Assembly: GCA_964016885.1 (NCBI GenBank) | Contig: OZ024740.1 | Location: 377,642,001 to 377,706,000, forward strand | DNA from: Eledone cirrhosa | Taxonomy: Eukaryota | Direction of reading: 5' to 3' | DNA: 64,000 bases | Shown here: piece after piece, positions 1 to 13,319 of the stretch | How the letters are laid out: every line of letters starts with the position of its first letter | How positions within the stretch are numbered: the first letter of the stretch is position 1 | Notes under the pieces: generated by a model | Told to the model about the DNA's origin: nothing | Seen by the model: the letters and a program-made list of their open reading frames with translations, nothing else | Database searches by the model: none | Position numbers and translations under genes: made by a program

Positions 1-338
1 CTGAAATGAGCATTACTGTATTAATTAAGGATATAATATGTTTAAAATAATATTACTTAATAATCGAGTGACTTTATCAAATGTCTTCCAGCGACTCTTT
101 ATCATTTGCAAAGGATTATTTTTATACTCTCAACATAAAACTGACAGTTAGATTTTACCACTAACTTAGGAAATATAGCTTGCCGATTGATAAATAGTTC
201 GTTGAGACCTTCAGGACAAAATTTACTAACAACTGCTGCAGTACTATTTCTCGAGTTGTTATTCTTTTTTTTTTAATATATATTTGTGTTATGTACGTAA
301 TGAAAATTATATTACTAAAGTTATGAATTAGACATGTA

Positions 339-667
339 CAGGGTGGTCCGAAAGTCTTGTCACCCCCTACCAAAAGATCCTGTGAGAAACAGTTTATGTT
401 CCCATCGCATTATCGTCCTCTTCGGAGGAGCTGGTTTGCCGAATCTTGCAGTGAAGTCATGTCGCACATCCTCCATACTCTTGCCAGAATGCATAGTATC
501 ATGTGTCCATACACTTGCAAGCAGCCTCTCTTCCAAACTGTAGGAGCTCGTGTCAGCCATCTGAAATAGAAAATTATATTATTATTATTATATATTATAT
601 TATTAAAACAAAAAATAATGCAAGTTAAAACAATATGTAGGGGTGACAAAACTTTCGGACCACCCTG
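339..667 (-). mobile_element. Internally deleted Tc1/mariner element (MITE-sized) retaining the N-terminal HTH of the transposase
   Basis: ~31-bp TIRs cagggtggtccgaaagt(c/t)ttgtcaccc at 339-370 and 637-667 (rc), with TA at 337-338. Minus ORF 360-560 (YSLEERLLASVW...FTARFGKPAPPKRTIMRWEHKLFLTGS) resembles the DUF4817-type HTH of Tc1/mariner transposases and is preceded by a tttcag acceptor. Confidence 0.8.
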
Positions 668-1399
668 TTGATTGTTCAAGGGACTTAAATTATTTATGAT
701 CATTCTAATTACTGTTCATTTTGTCAATTATTAATTAGTATTAAAAGATACGTTTATGTTTTTCAAACTGAGAAATTTTAATTCAGATCAATTTTGCATA
801 GTTAATTCTACTTCTTGAAAGGAAGTATTTAGTAAATATATAGTATATGGTACCATATGAAAAACAAAACCGTTGCTGTTGCTGTTGTTAAACTCCAGAT
901 CGATTAGACCAAAAATTGAAACTGTAGTTGATAGTTTGTATCAATGATTGTGAAAGGAAACCTATTCACAGATAGTAAAGAAAGGGAAAATAAGACAATT
1001 GAATGTTTTCAGTAACCATATAAGGGAACGTTAAGTGGTGTTAAAACACAGCGGGGGTGTTATTTAAGACAACTGTTGATTGCCATTACATAATTTCATA
1101 GCGTCAATACTTAAATGAAATTCAATTCCCCCAATATTTGATATCACTACTACAAGATAACGAAAATAGTAATCAGTAAAAAAGAGTCTACAGTTTCAAT
1201 CAAATGTAAGCTGTATTCACGCGTAGCACTTATTTCTAGACACTTAGCCGTCTAAAACGATGACAATCAATTGTTTTAATTCCATACAACATTTCTACTA
1301 ATTACTAATAACAGTTTAATTAAATTGTTCAGAATACATATATATTTAAATAACACCTAGTCTTATATTTCTTTCATTTGTGAATTGTTTTTAATTCAG

Positions 1400-1552
1400 G
1401 TCATGTCGGTTATTAAAAGAAAAATTGAACAGATCCAGCTACAGCTTGGTTATTTAGACGTTCGAAGACCCTCTAATGCATTAACCCTCGTAGAGAGTAC
1501 ATCTTTCTCTACCAAAGGAATCAACAACAGCGTACCAGCAAGTCCAAAGCAG
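1400..1552 (+). CDS. Probable internal coding exon of an unidentified host gene (VMSVIKRKIEQIQLQLGYLDVRRPSNALTLVESTSFSTKGINNSVPASPKQ)
   Basis: Acceptor ttttaattcag at 1399, donor cag|gtatga at 1553, 153 nt open in phase 0-0, non-repetitive sequence. Confidence 0.55.
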
Positions 1553-1996
1553 GTATGAATCAAAACCTTTTCAAATAGTAACTTTATCTAATACCCAATA
1601 CAGAATACATTTCATCAATAAAAAAAATTGTCTTTGCCTTTCACCCTATCAGAAGTATACAAAGACCAGGTATATGATAGTTGATCTCAGCTCAAATCAC
1701 AGTAAAATTTATGGATAAAATAATTCGCTTATGAAGATGGGCCTTAACTGAAACATGGCATAGAAACATATCAGTTATCTATGTATATTTGTTTGTTTTG
1801 AAACAATGTCGGCTCTTACAACATTTTGTACACAGATCAATGTTTATTCCGGAATATACCACGATAAAAGAATTGTGGAATATGATATCCAAAACTCGGG
1901 AAAATAATTGTTCTAATAGAGTTGGAGTGGCATTGGGAAAGAGAAGTGGGAGAGAGTTTGGGAGGAGGTATAAAACACTTTATTTACTCTCTTTCA

Positions 1997-2155
<159 letters not shown>

Positions 2156-2160
2156 TATGA

Positions 2161-2680
2161 ATGGAAAAAATGAAATTTCATTTCTCACTCTTATTACGGC
2201 TGATAGTTAAATATAAGTATGTATACGTATACACATATATGTATACAGACGTACAGCAGTATGTATATACATACATGCACACATATATATATGTACGTAT
2301 GGGTTTACCGAACATTTATTATCGTTTTCGGTACACCCGGCCGACTAACTCACTCCATATGCAAATTAATATGCATAAGGAAAGTATATACTTTCAAACG
2401 TTCAATCGACTGACAAGAAGGTATACGGTGCTGATGACAGCTAATAAGCTAGAAACTAGTTCATCGTTCCTTTGTCAGTGTTGAACAAAAGGGCAACAAT
2501 GGTTGCCGAACACTGTACGGCTAAAAATTCGGGCTGTTTGTTTACAAACAAACCGAACATTATAATAAATGTTCGGTAAACCCATACGTACATATATATA
2601 TGTGTGCATGTATGTATGTATATACATACTACTATACGTCTGTATACATATATGTATGTACGTATACATACTTATATATA
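2161..2680 (+). mobile_element. Short non-coding PLE end with inverted flanks and a hammerhead motif
   Basis: Inverted repeat ~2213-2322 / ~2562-2677, hammerhead at 2410-2478, microsatellite flanks; a related copy lies at 5060-5435. Confidence 0.6.
2410..2478 (+). ncRNA. Minimal type I hammerhead ribozyme (PLE-type)
   Basis: acggtg-CTGATGA-c agct aata agct a-GAAA-CTAG-TT-catcgt; palindromic stem III ACTAGT; stem I extends ctgacaa/ttgtcag. Confidence 0.75.
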
Positions 2681-2707
2681 TTTATATATATATATATATA
2701 TATATAT

Positions 2708-2774
<67 letters not shown>

Positions 2775-3142
2775 TGTGTCTGTGTGTGTGTGTACAAATA
2801 CAAATCTATAAAAAAGATAGTGACGAATGCAATATGCTGAAAACTGTAACTAAACATCCCAAAGCTAGTAAATGCAAACATGCGAAACCATTTTGGCGAT
2901 TTGAAAGCTGAGGGTGAAGATGTGTGTGTAAACTTGTCTTGTGCATCGCCTTTGTTTGTTTCCTTCTTCCTGTCACTTCTGTGTGCCAACGCACTTCTTA
3001 TCCTCCTCCTCTTTCAATCTTTTCTATATTTCATCTGCCTGTCACCTACCTACCTTGTTGACCACTTTTTTGGCCATAGCTGTATTTAACAGCATTTAAC
3101 TGTTTTAACGGATATTCTATCGATGATTTTTCTCAATTTTAA

Positions 3143-3227
<85 letters not shown>

Positions 3228-3727
3228 CATGTGCGTGTGTGTGTGTGCGTGTGCGTGTGTGTGTGTGTATAAGATGAATATGAACAGACAGACGTATATG
3301 CGAATATATAAATTTACAGGCTTCTAATTGCATACATTTGCACACACACACACACATTTACATGCGTATACTTCAAAATCACAATAATGAGGGAAGGAAT
3401 GAAGCTTAAGGGGCCTCAAATAAAAATAGATTTAAATTTGAAAAAATAATCGTTAATTTCGTGGAAAAAGGAAATAGATATTTGAAGATATTTTTTATGT
3501 TTAGAAGCAGAAGGTACCTAACTGTCTTGGTTATATATGGAATTATAGAGATGGATCCGTAATTGGAAACGATTCACTTATTAAATAATGTGATTTTAAA
3601 TAGTACATAATTAAGATATATAGGATAAGTGTATTATCTTGCTAGCAGATAAAGCAATAGGAAATTTTAATAACTATTATTTCATGCTGTCAGCTAAGAA
3701 TAAATAATGATTTTAAACTGAAATAAT

Positions 3728-3911
3728 TGTTTCTACTTTAGGCACAAGGCCAGCAATTACCCAGTGCATTACTGGTACTTTATTTTATCGACCCCGTAAA
3801 GATGAAAGGCAAAGTCAACCTCGGCGGGATTTGAACTCAAATCGTAAAGGGACGTAACTATGCTGGAAAGCATGGCTTCCGACCCTCTACCGATACTACC
3901 AATCCACCGCC
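3728..3911 (-). mobile_element. tRNA-derived SINE (Meta-domain-like), young family S1
   Basis: Head ggcggtggattggtagtatcggtaga, B box gagttcaaatc, central actttgcctttcatc..ggggtcgataaaataaagtacc; 10-bp TSD ctgaaataat (3718-3727 / 3912-3921). Confidence 0.85.
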
Positions 3912-4257
3912 CTGAAATAATACAAACAGAATAGCTTTAGAGAGAATATTAGAGCAATTATTGATAAGTTAATATTTGAAATATGAAATTTAAGCAGTTT
4001 TATTATAAAGAAAAACATTATATGCATTCCAGAATTGATTTGGATTTCAGAATTACATAAAATATGATACAAAAATAAATTTATATCTGATACTAGAAAA
4101 ATTATTAATAGGCAGATTTTGGAGTAGATACGTGCTCCTTTAATATAAAACTACTTAAACTGCATTTCAAATACAAGCTTGTCAATAATTCTACTATTTT
4201 CTGTATGTCTTATTATTACTAAAGTTATAATCATTATCCATTCCTTTTATAGATGTG

Positions 4258-4430
4258 TTAACCCTTTCGTTACCATATTTCTTGTGAAATGCTCTGACTA
4301 TGACTTTCAATTAATTTTGAAAATAATCAAGAATTTGAAGGGATTTTGTACTCTAACTAACTTTCTCATTATTAAGCTGGTGTTTAGAACATAACAAAGA
4401 GCCTTACATAAAATCATGATGAACAGTTTT
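4258..4430 (+). mobile_element. Possible piggyBac-type MITE end fragment
   Basis: Begins TTAA-CCCTTTCGTTACC (TTAA + CCC terminus); no second TIR found. Confidence 0.35.
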
Positions 4431-4527
4431 TATGAAGTATTGTAATGCAATATATATAGGTTTGAGTGTAAATTTGCTGTGGAGTATTGAATCTAGCATT
4501 GAACTTTTGGACACTTTCAATAATATA

Positions 4528-4704
4528 TAATTGTTTCTACTTTTGGCACAAGGCCAGCAATTACCCAGTACATTACTGGTACTTTATTTTATCGACCCCG
4601 TATAAATGAAAGGCAAAGTTAACCTCGGCGGGATTTGAACTCAGATCGTAAAGGGGCGTAACTCTATGCTGGAAAGCATGTCCGACCATCCACCGATACT
4701 GCCA
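4528..4704 (-). mobile_element. SINE S1 copy, slightly 5'-truncated
   Basis: Near-identical to 3728-3911. Confidence 0.85.
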
Positions 4705-5292
4705 AATAAATTAAAATAATGTATGTGCATGATTTTAATACTCAATATGATAATTTAGATTTAAAGCGGGTAGAAAATGGAATATTGTAGATTTAGTTTT
4801 TTGATGAAACGCATTATTATATATTATTATATACTTTTAAAAAAGGTGAACATTTTCTGTTTAGGATGAGATAGAATGGATATCCGAGTTGAACTGAAGA
4901 TAGGTTTCAGATATAATGTTTAAACAAGTTAAAGACATTGCTGTGAAAGGTAACTGTGGTCCTTCATTGGCTGATTTAGATTTATCTTCTTGTGGGTTTA
5001 GTTTTTTCAATTCTTCATGCAAACAAAAAGATAGGTTTGATTAAACAGCTGCATGATGCATACATATGTGTATACAGACGTACAGTAGTATGTATATACA
5101 TACATACATGCACACATATATATATATTTAAGTATCAGCCGTACTAAGAGTGAGAAATGAAATTTCATTTTTTCCATTTATCGTTTTCGGTACGCTCGGC
5201 CGACTAACTCACTCGATATGCAAATTAGGCTGCTTAATATGCATAAGAAAAGTATACACTTTCAAACGTTCAATCGATTGACAGGAAAGTAT

Positions 5293-5335
5293 ATGGTGCT
5301 GATGACAGCTAAGAAGCTAGAAACTAGTTCATCGT
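5293..5335 (+). ncRNA. Hammerhead ribozyme, second copy of the 2410 family, within PLE end 5060-5435
   Basis: atggtg-CTGATGA-cagctaagaagcta-GAAA-CTAG-TT-catcgt. Confidence 0.7.
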
Positions 5336-5434
5336 TCCTTTGTCAGTGTTGAACAAAAGGGCAACGATGGTTGCCGAACACTGTACAGCTTAATTCGGGC
5401 TGTTTGTTTACAAACAAACCGAACATTACAATAA

Positions 5435-5577
<143 letters not shown>

Positions 5578-6373
5578 ATGTGTATATATAATATATATAA
5601 TATACATATATACATATGCGAGTGTGTGTACTTATATATGTATTATGATTAGCTTCATTTGCATACGGAACTTTAAGCTGGCTCGGCCTGAACAAGAAAT
5701 AGATTTAGGATGTTCGTTCCGACATAGTTCTATCCATACATGTATGTAAATTTTATATATCGGATAATATACGATATGTTTATGAATAAACGAATATATG
5801 GGCTGATTGGCTTCATTTACATACGCAACTTTAGGCTTGCTCGGCCCATTTACAAAAGCGTTAAAACTATGCTTTCGGCTTATTTGAATTCCAGTATGAA
5901 GCGAGGAAGGGTGCGTAACCTTGACAACGGCTACACAGATAGAAACAGCACTATCGGTTGTTTCCCCGTTGCTTCTGCTGGAACAAGGTGGATGTTATCA
6001 CATCAGTTATCACCTTTAAAATTCATAGCTAAAGGCTTTCAAATGTTTATTCGTGTGTATATCGTATATTATCCGATATACACACTTTACATACATGTAT
6101 ATATATGTGTGTGTATGTATGTATGCACGCGTGTATGTGTGTGTGTGTATGTGTGTGTGGAGAGAAAGAGAAAGAGAGACAGACAGACAGACAAAGAGAG
6201 ACAGAGAGAAATACATTAATTAGTAGGAAAAGCAAGTAAGAAATAATCTAAGTTACTTCAGATGCTCCAGCCATGGTTTCGCTGTGTAATTTGATATTAG
6301 ATATTTTTCACACCGGCTGCTTACCACGTGACCTTTTTCCCACTTGAAAAAAATCATATGTAGCAATCATTTG

Positions 6374-6438
6374 ATCCTGAAGAGCCGTCGTTCTCATGAT
6401 ATTCAATGTTCTGAAATATTAGAATATCTAATATCGAT
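6374..6438 (+). ncRNA. Degenerate hammerhead candidate
   Basis: atc-CTGAAGA...GAAA-TATTAGA ata TCTAATA-TC-gat; good stem III, weak stem II; followed by a PLE tail motif and (TA)n. Confidence 0.45.
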
Positions 6439-6526
6439 ATTATATGGCAATGTCTTGTCGTCTTGCTTGCTTCTCCCACTTAGGAATTTATAATGTTCTG
6501 TTTTATTCGTTGAGCCACTCTGATAT

Positions 6527-6709
<183 letters not shown>

Positions 6710-6825
6710 AGAGAAAGAATTAGTATATCTACCAACATATGTATACAGATGTATACCCATGCTAGCAAATATATATGTTATGTCTTAGTACCTTTGTGGT
6801 TCTATGCAGCGGGTGCAGAACAATT

Positions 6826-7181
6826 ATATGAAAGACGTAAAATAAGAAAATTTAAAAAATTAAAAATTAACTTACTTACTAAAATGTTCACTCCTACTAA
6901 TTAGTTTCTGTAAGGGAATAAATATAGTTACGCAATGCAACTATAGAGAAGACCTTACGTCATCCGGGAGTCTATTCTCAGCTAAGTTCCCAGGCAATGC
7001 GCGGACACTAGGAACCCATATAAAAATAATAATTCAGTGGATGGAATAAAGCTAGCGGGAACTAAATTCCAGGGCACTGAAAAAATTCACTGCCTGCTTG
7101 GTCAGTGGCAAATTCTAAAGAGTAGGAGTGAAAATTTTAGTAAGTTAATTTTTAATTTTAAAAATTTTCTTATTTTACGTC

Positions 7182-7190
<9 letters not shown>
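6826..7190 (-). mobile_element. Fold-back PLE end with inverted arms 6826-6898 / 7121-7190
   Basis: ~70-bp inverted repeat; hammerhead at 6890-6971; (TA)n at the right end. Confidence 0.6.
6890..6971 (-). ncRNA. Hammerhead ribozyme with U4G core change
   Basis: Minus strand: actcc-CGGATGA-cgtaagg...ccttaca-GAAA-CTAATTAG-TA-ggagt; palindrome ACTAATTAGT, GUA site. Confidence 0.6.
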
Positions 7191-7277
<87 letters not shown>

Positions 7278-7325
7278 ATGAAATGACAGGAGGCTGGATT
7301 TGTGTAAATCCTTGAAAGGTTTATT

Positions 7326-7383
7326 ATACTATGATCATTTCAATGACCGGGTTCCGTATGAATCCGGTGATATCATCAGGTAT
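7326..7383 (-). ncRNA. Hammerhead ribozyme
   Basis: Minus strand: atac-CTGATGA-tatcaccggattcatacggaacccggtcatt-GAAA-TGATCA-TA-gtat; palindrome ATGATCAT. Confidence 0.7.
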
Positions 7384-7756
7384 TCGAAATATAATACGTG
7401 AATGTAATAGGTAAAATCCATGGGGCTGAAAATCGAGACCCGAGGGCGACCGCTATTCTGTTCCTTCAACCTCAGCCGGTCGCCCTGGAGTGACGTGGCT
7501 AAATTTTATAGTATGCTACTACCGGTCAGATGAACGAAAACAGAAAGAGATGGGAGCATAGGTTAACGTCGATCCCATGACACAAGGTAAAAGAAAGAAA
7601 GAAAGGAAGGAGAAGAAGGGGGAAGAAAGAAGAAGAGAAGTCAGGGTTAATGTCAGCTAAAAGAGGAAGGTAACTACTACTGGTCAGATATAGGCAAGCA
7701 AGAGGGGGAAGGAAGATAAGTCTGCAGGGAGGGGGAGAGGAGAGAAGGAAGGGAAG

Positions 7757-9289
7757 AGAGAAGTAGAAAAGTAAGGGTTGATGGCTACAAGAAGGAAGAT
7801 AGAAAGGAAGAGGAAAAAAGGTCGATATTAATGTCAGACCACAGTTAAGCCAGGAGTGGCGCGAGAAAATTTTCACAGGGACCCGCATCTTAGCGGAGAT
7901 GGATATATTGGGAGTCAGTGTTTTACAGTGTTTAGACTTCTAGGATGAAGTTAAAAAAATTTAATAATCAATATTCAATATTAAAGAGGTTAGAAAATTT
8001 AAAGTTCAACAGTTTAACAATTAATTATATAATAGTTCCGATTTGTTCTGTAATTTAAAGGTACTATTTGGTGGTTAAAACAACGGCCGCGCCCCGGGCC
8101 CCATGGCTAATTAAGCCACGCCGAGTATTTTCATTTACTGAAAGAAGGGGAAATTTATTTTTCCAAGCACTCTAGGTGAGCTCGTTCGCCACGGAGCTGG
8201 TCGCGCCGCCATTAAAACCCACCCAACAGTCCGACAGAAAGTTGGAACTTTAAAATTTAGCTTAGAGAAGTAAAAGAGTAATGGTTGATAGCTACAAGAA
8301 GGAAGATAGAAAGAGAGAGGAAGGAAGGTCGATATTAATGTCACACCACAGTCGGGCCAGGAGTGGCGCGACAAGATTTTCACAGGGACTCGCATCTTAG
8401 CAGAGGTGAATATATTGGGGGTCAGTGTGTTACAATGTTTAGACTTATAGGATGAAGTTAAAAAATTAATAAATTAATAATCAATATTCCATATTAAAGA
8501 GGTTAGAAAACTTAAAGCTCAACAGTTTCAGGTTGATATATATAATAGTTCCGATTTGTTCTGTAATTTAAAGGTACTATTTGGCGGTTAAAACACCGGC
8601 CGCGCCCCAGGCCCCATGGCTAATTAAGCCACGCCGAGTATTTTCATTTACTGAAAGAAGGGGAAATTTATTTTTCCAAGCACTCTAGGTGAGCTCGTTC
8701 GCCACGGAGCTGGTCGCGCCGCCATTAAAACCCACCCAACAGCCCGACAGAAAGTTGGAACTTTAAAATTTAGCTTAGAGAAGTAAAAGAGTAATGGTTG
8801 ATAGCTACAAGAAGGAAGATAGAAAGAGAGAGGAAGGAAGGTCGATATTAATGTCACACCACAGTCGGGCCAGGAGTGGCGCGACAAAATTTTCACAGGG
8901 ACTCGCATCTTAGCAGAGGTGAATATATTGGGGGTCAGTGTGTTACAATGTTTAGACTTATAGGATGAAGTTAAAAAATTAATAAATTAATAATCAATAT
9001 TCCATATTAAAGAGGTTAGAAAACTTAAAGCTCAACAGTTTCAGGTTGATATATATAATAGTTCCGATTTGTTCTGTAATTTAAAGGTACTATTTGGCGG
9101 TTAAAACACCGGCCGCGCCCCAGGCCCCATGGCTAATTAGGCCACGCCGAGTATTTTCATTTACTGAAAGAAGGGGAATTTATTTTTCCAAGCACTCCAG
9201 GTGAGCCGGTTCGCCAGGGAGCTGGTCGCGCCGCCGCTAAAACCCACCCAACGGTCCGACAGAAAGTTGGAACTTTAGAATTTTGCTTA
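7757..9289. repeat. Tandem triplication of a ~513-bp unit inside a non-coding hammerhead-bearing element (7274-10108)
   Basis: Units start at ~7757, 8264 and 8777; near-identical ORFs 8135-8395 and 8648-8908 are offset by 513 bp. Confidence 0.9.
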
Positions 9290-9562
9290 ACTCTATCGGA
9301 TGAAGTTGAAATAATTCAGAATAACATTATGAAACTAAGGAGTAAGAGGATTGAGAATTGAACAAACAGAAAATTGAAGATTAGACATTCAAATAACTTC
9401 TATGAGGTTTTGGGTTGCGGGGTTTAATTAAATAGTCTTTTATGAAGAAACGTTAATTGTATTATGTAGATCTGTAATTTATCCTAGTGGGATGTAGAGT
9501 ACGGGATATAGTCGTGTAATGTTTAATTTTTGTTCTCAGGAGGAGACATTCTAGTGTCGTGT

Positions 9563-9704
9563 GCTAATGGGTACAGGTCCCAATGTGAGGAGTAGAAATA
9601 CATGGATACATAGAAGTGGAATACGTGGAAGAGCTAATGGGTACAGGTCCCAATGTGAGGGGTAGAAATACATGGATACATAGAAGTGGAATACGTGGAA
9701 GAGC
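9563..9704. repeat. 70-bp tandem duplication
   Basis: gctaatgggtacaggtcccaatgtgagg...tacgtggaaga at 9563 and 9633. Confidence 0.9.
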
Positions 9705-10116
9705 ACATTGGTACAGCAGAGGTATAAATATATAAACATATCAATATACAGGTATAAACATGTAAATAAACCAACAAGAGTGGTGTTGGAGTAAGATGGA
9801 GAAATCAGGACATTAATACAGCGAACAAAGATGTGAAGATATAGATAAACAAACAATGGTCGTTGTCTAGTAAATGTAGAGTTCAAGAGACAGGAGAAAT
9901 ACAATATAGTTCGGGTTGCGGTATTTATGTTCCCAGGGGGAAATATTCCAGTGACGTGTGCTGAGGGTACACGCGAGTAAAACTCCGTAATAGCACCACC
10001 AACTACAAAAACAAAGACGGTTGAACTGCTTTACGTTGAGTACTCTCTATATTATTGCATTACGATTGACCATACGGAATAGACCAGCTCTATACAGTGG
10101 TGAACCTCAAACCTGA

Positions 10117-10160
<44 letters not shown>

Positions 10161-10231
10161 TTGTTTATTTCTATATATCTATGATTATATATGTGTGTGT
10201 ACTTATATATATATATATATATATATATATG

Positions 10232-10438
10232 GAGGCACGTGGGTTCGATTCCTGGGCTGCCTGTTGTATTCTTGAACAAAACACTTCATTTCACGTTGTT
10301 CCAGTATACTCACCTGAAAATGAGGACCAGCAAAAGCGTCCTGTTCAAGAGGAGTCTTGTACTCTCAGTCGCTTCACACCATGAAACCGGGATAAGCACC
10401 GGCCAAATGAGCCTTCTGGCTTAAGACAGACTTTAGAC
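10232..10438 (+). mobile_element. SINE family S2 (Deu/Nin-domain-like), internally deleted
   Basis: B box gggttcgattcc; 3' part (agtcgcttcac.ccatgaaaccgggataagcaccggccaaatgagcc) matches 57620-57900. Confidence 0.75.
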
Positions 10439-10816
10439 CTATATATATATATATGTGGGGGGGGGGGGGGGGGTGTATCCAGAAACAAGTTATTTGGCCA
10501 ATTTTTATATATGTGTGTGTGTTGATGTGCTATATGTATATATGGGGATATATCCTTATCCATGAATTTTTCTATCAGTCATATTCATAAAATATTTTTC
10601 TACTCCTTAAGTACCAGTTATCTCCCTTTGACAGTTACATTAATTTTATTTTCCTTTAAAATTTGATGATATAGTGTCTAAATGGCGTAATATAACGATT
10701 ATTTTTACATAGTAATAAATCTGACTGTAGCCCGTCATATTCAAATGTAACATACGTTAGCTAGCGTCTTGCCCTGCAGAGCTCGACCTTTCAGCTTTTT
10801 TTTTCTGCTTATTTTT

Positions 10817-10928
10817 ACTTCTGACGAGGCAAAGCTTCCTTCTGTACGGATGTTGTACACAATTTTATTCCATCTTCTTCAGTTTGGACTGTGTATTGAT
10901 CGGTAGTAATGCCGAAATAATGGTAAGG
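10817..10928 (+). ncRNA. Hammerhead candidate with ~85-nt stem II
   Basis: ctt-CTGACGA-ggca...tgcc-GAAA-TAATGG-TA-agg; stem II base is canonical, stem I is short. Confidence 0.45.
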
Positions 10929-11161
10929 CTTTAAATGATATAACATTATTCCATCTTTTTCTTTGATTGGATATGCTCTGTCTATCTTTCTGCATCATTT
11001 ACCTTAAAAGTATTTCTCATATTTCCACTCATAACAACATATATAGCTTTGTATAAAACTAATTGGCAATCATATACTCCCATATACAGCTCTCTACATG
11101 CAAATAGTTATATTTTTACCCTTGCTATATGTATGTATATACATATTTATATATATGTATA

Positions 11162-11428
<267 letters not shown>

Positions 11429-11453
11429 TTATATTTGAAAATTTAGCGTTAGA

Positions 11454-11562
11454 AGACATCTGCTCCCGGTGATTCGCAGTGGGATCGAATCAGAATTTAC
11501 ATGGCGCGGCGGGAACTAACTTTTTTACCACACAGCCATGCCTGCACATATAACGCACGCAT

Positions 11563-11621
<59 letters not shown>

Positions 11622-11644
11622 CGCATATATGCATATATAAATGC

Positions 11645-11724
<80 letters not shown>

Positions 11725-11794
11725 TTAAAAAGTTCCCTTCGCGCCATGTAAATTCTGATTCGATCCCACTGCGAGTCATCGGGAGTAGATGTCT
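11454..11794. repeat. Inverted pair of tRNA-like SINE heads around (CA)n/(TG)n
   Basis: Arms ~11454-11535 and ~11715-11794 are reverse complements (gtggt.aaaaagtt...cgcgccatgtaaattctgattcgatcccactgcga); the inner CA and TG tracts are also complementary. Confidence 0.8.
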
Positions 11795-12161
11795 TGTAAT
11801 ACCTAAATTTTTAAGTAGTAATATAGACTTCAAGTAGTAATATAGACTTGAAGATAAAATTGTCGATTGTCTCGATATTAGTTTACTTTTGGCAATGTAT
11901 ATTATAAGCATCGGAATTTTGAAAAACAGAATCAGAAAGGAAGACACCAAAAGCATTTAATCTTACCTCGTGCTGCTTTGCCAACTTTTTACCATTAAAT
12001 ATTTATTAACTTCTTAATCAGTAATATTATCTTATTTACCACTTCCTTTTCTAAACGAAAAAGAATTTCGTTTTCTATTGTATTTTTTTGTATTTATTTT
12101 TCTTTATTCGTATTTTCGTTCTACTATAACTTATTCTTGTTTTGTTTATTTTATTTTTCAG

Positions 12162-12221
12162 AACAGAGTTATCGAGCGTCAAGCGATGCTATCACATGTC
12201 GATACTGAACTGGGACAGTGA
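12162..12221 (+). CDS. Probable terminal coding exon of a host gene (NRVIERQAMLSHVDTELGQ*)
   Basis: Long pyrimidine tract and tttcag acceptor (12160-12161). The phase-0 reading fits the 1400-1552 exon. AT-rich 3'UTR-like sequence with AATAAA at ~12392 and ~12545. Reading frame not proven. Confidence 0.45.
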   Translation, partial: NRVIERQAMLSHVDTELGQ

Positions 12222-13319
12222 TAGCAATATACAAAAACACAATGCTGGAATGATTTGTTTTATAAAGAACTGGGCGGGGAAACATGAAAACAAGCAAATT
12301 TGAAGAATGGCTATTTACATAAGTAAAAACTATATAAATTGTCATCTTTGGTACGATACAACATGAATGTATATGACAAAGAACTTTTAAAAATAAATAT
12401 GACAAATATTGCATTTAATGTTAATTAGTTTAATTAAATGTTTCCTTAGTATCGTTTTATGTTGTGTTCTTTTTTATTGAAAAAAAATTGATTTTTGAAA
12501 TGTTTTATTTTCTATTATAATGTATGTAAATACAAATGGTGTAAAATAAATTTTAATGTAATGAAATTTCGAAATTCTTTTTGCAATTTTTAAAGCTACT
12601 TTGTTAATGTGATAAATTAAATCTCACAAGTAACAAAGTGCATTGACGTATGTTCATGAATTAGTTGTTTGTTATTTAATTTAATTACCCTTTCTAGGGT
12701 GAACAAAATGGTAGCTGAGAGAAACACTAAATTGATTATATTATTTAGTTTTGTCTCTTGTACTTTATGAGTTTGTTTCAGCGGGGTTCACCTTGCTTTT
12801 CATATCTCGGAGATATATACAATAAACAGTATGCATTGACAAAGCTCAATTAAATTAACTATATGCTTCTTCTGCAAATCCGTGCCCGTGTTCCAGTATA
12901 AGAAATCATTATTCATTAACGCTTCAATGAAACAAAAATGTATTATCAGAACGTAACCCTTATTTCTGATAAACGTTAAACGAACCAGAATGTCACATTG
13001 CCAGAAAATCGTGGAACTAATTTAATACACCAAGAGAAAAGGATAAACTTAGCATCAAATAGTAATTTTCCAAAAACACAATGAGATACCTATGACGGAT
13101 GTGAACACACGATCCAGGAGCTTAAAGATCAGTAATTTAATTACTCGGCTATTAACCCTCTTTCCTCTATCAGAGCGTTTCTACATATATATATCTTCCC
13201 TTTTTATAATACTAAAAATACCAGTTCATGACTCCAAGTTACACTGATTCCATGACTTTCCGCCTTATTTAAATTTTTATAATCCCACACATTGTTTGTG
13301 TAGCATTAAGCAGATAAAT

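Noticed and set aside
4865-4949. Possible exon between tttag and gtaact
   Set aside because: Stop codons in all three frames from the first acceptor; no consistent phase with the neighbouring exons.
5860-6012. Minus-strand CTGATGT...GAAAGCATA inside the inverted repeat 5737-5791 / 6045-6098
   Set aside because: Core and stem I do not close; probably a decayed PLE end, but not supportable as a ribozyme.
7757-9704. Tandem units as a CRISPR-like or retrozyme monomer array
   Set aside because: No repeat-spacer structure, and no hammerhead core found within the 513-bp or 70-bp units.
9955-10000. CTGAGGG..AAAAC hammerhead-like motif
   Set aside because: Both conserved boxes are mutated and stem I is ambiguous.
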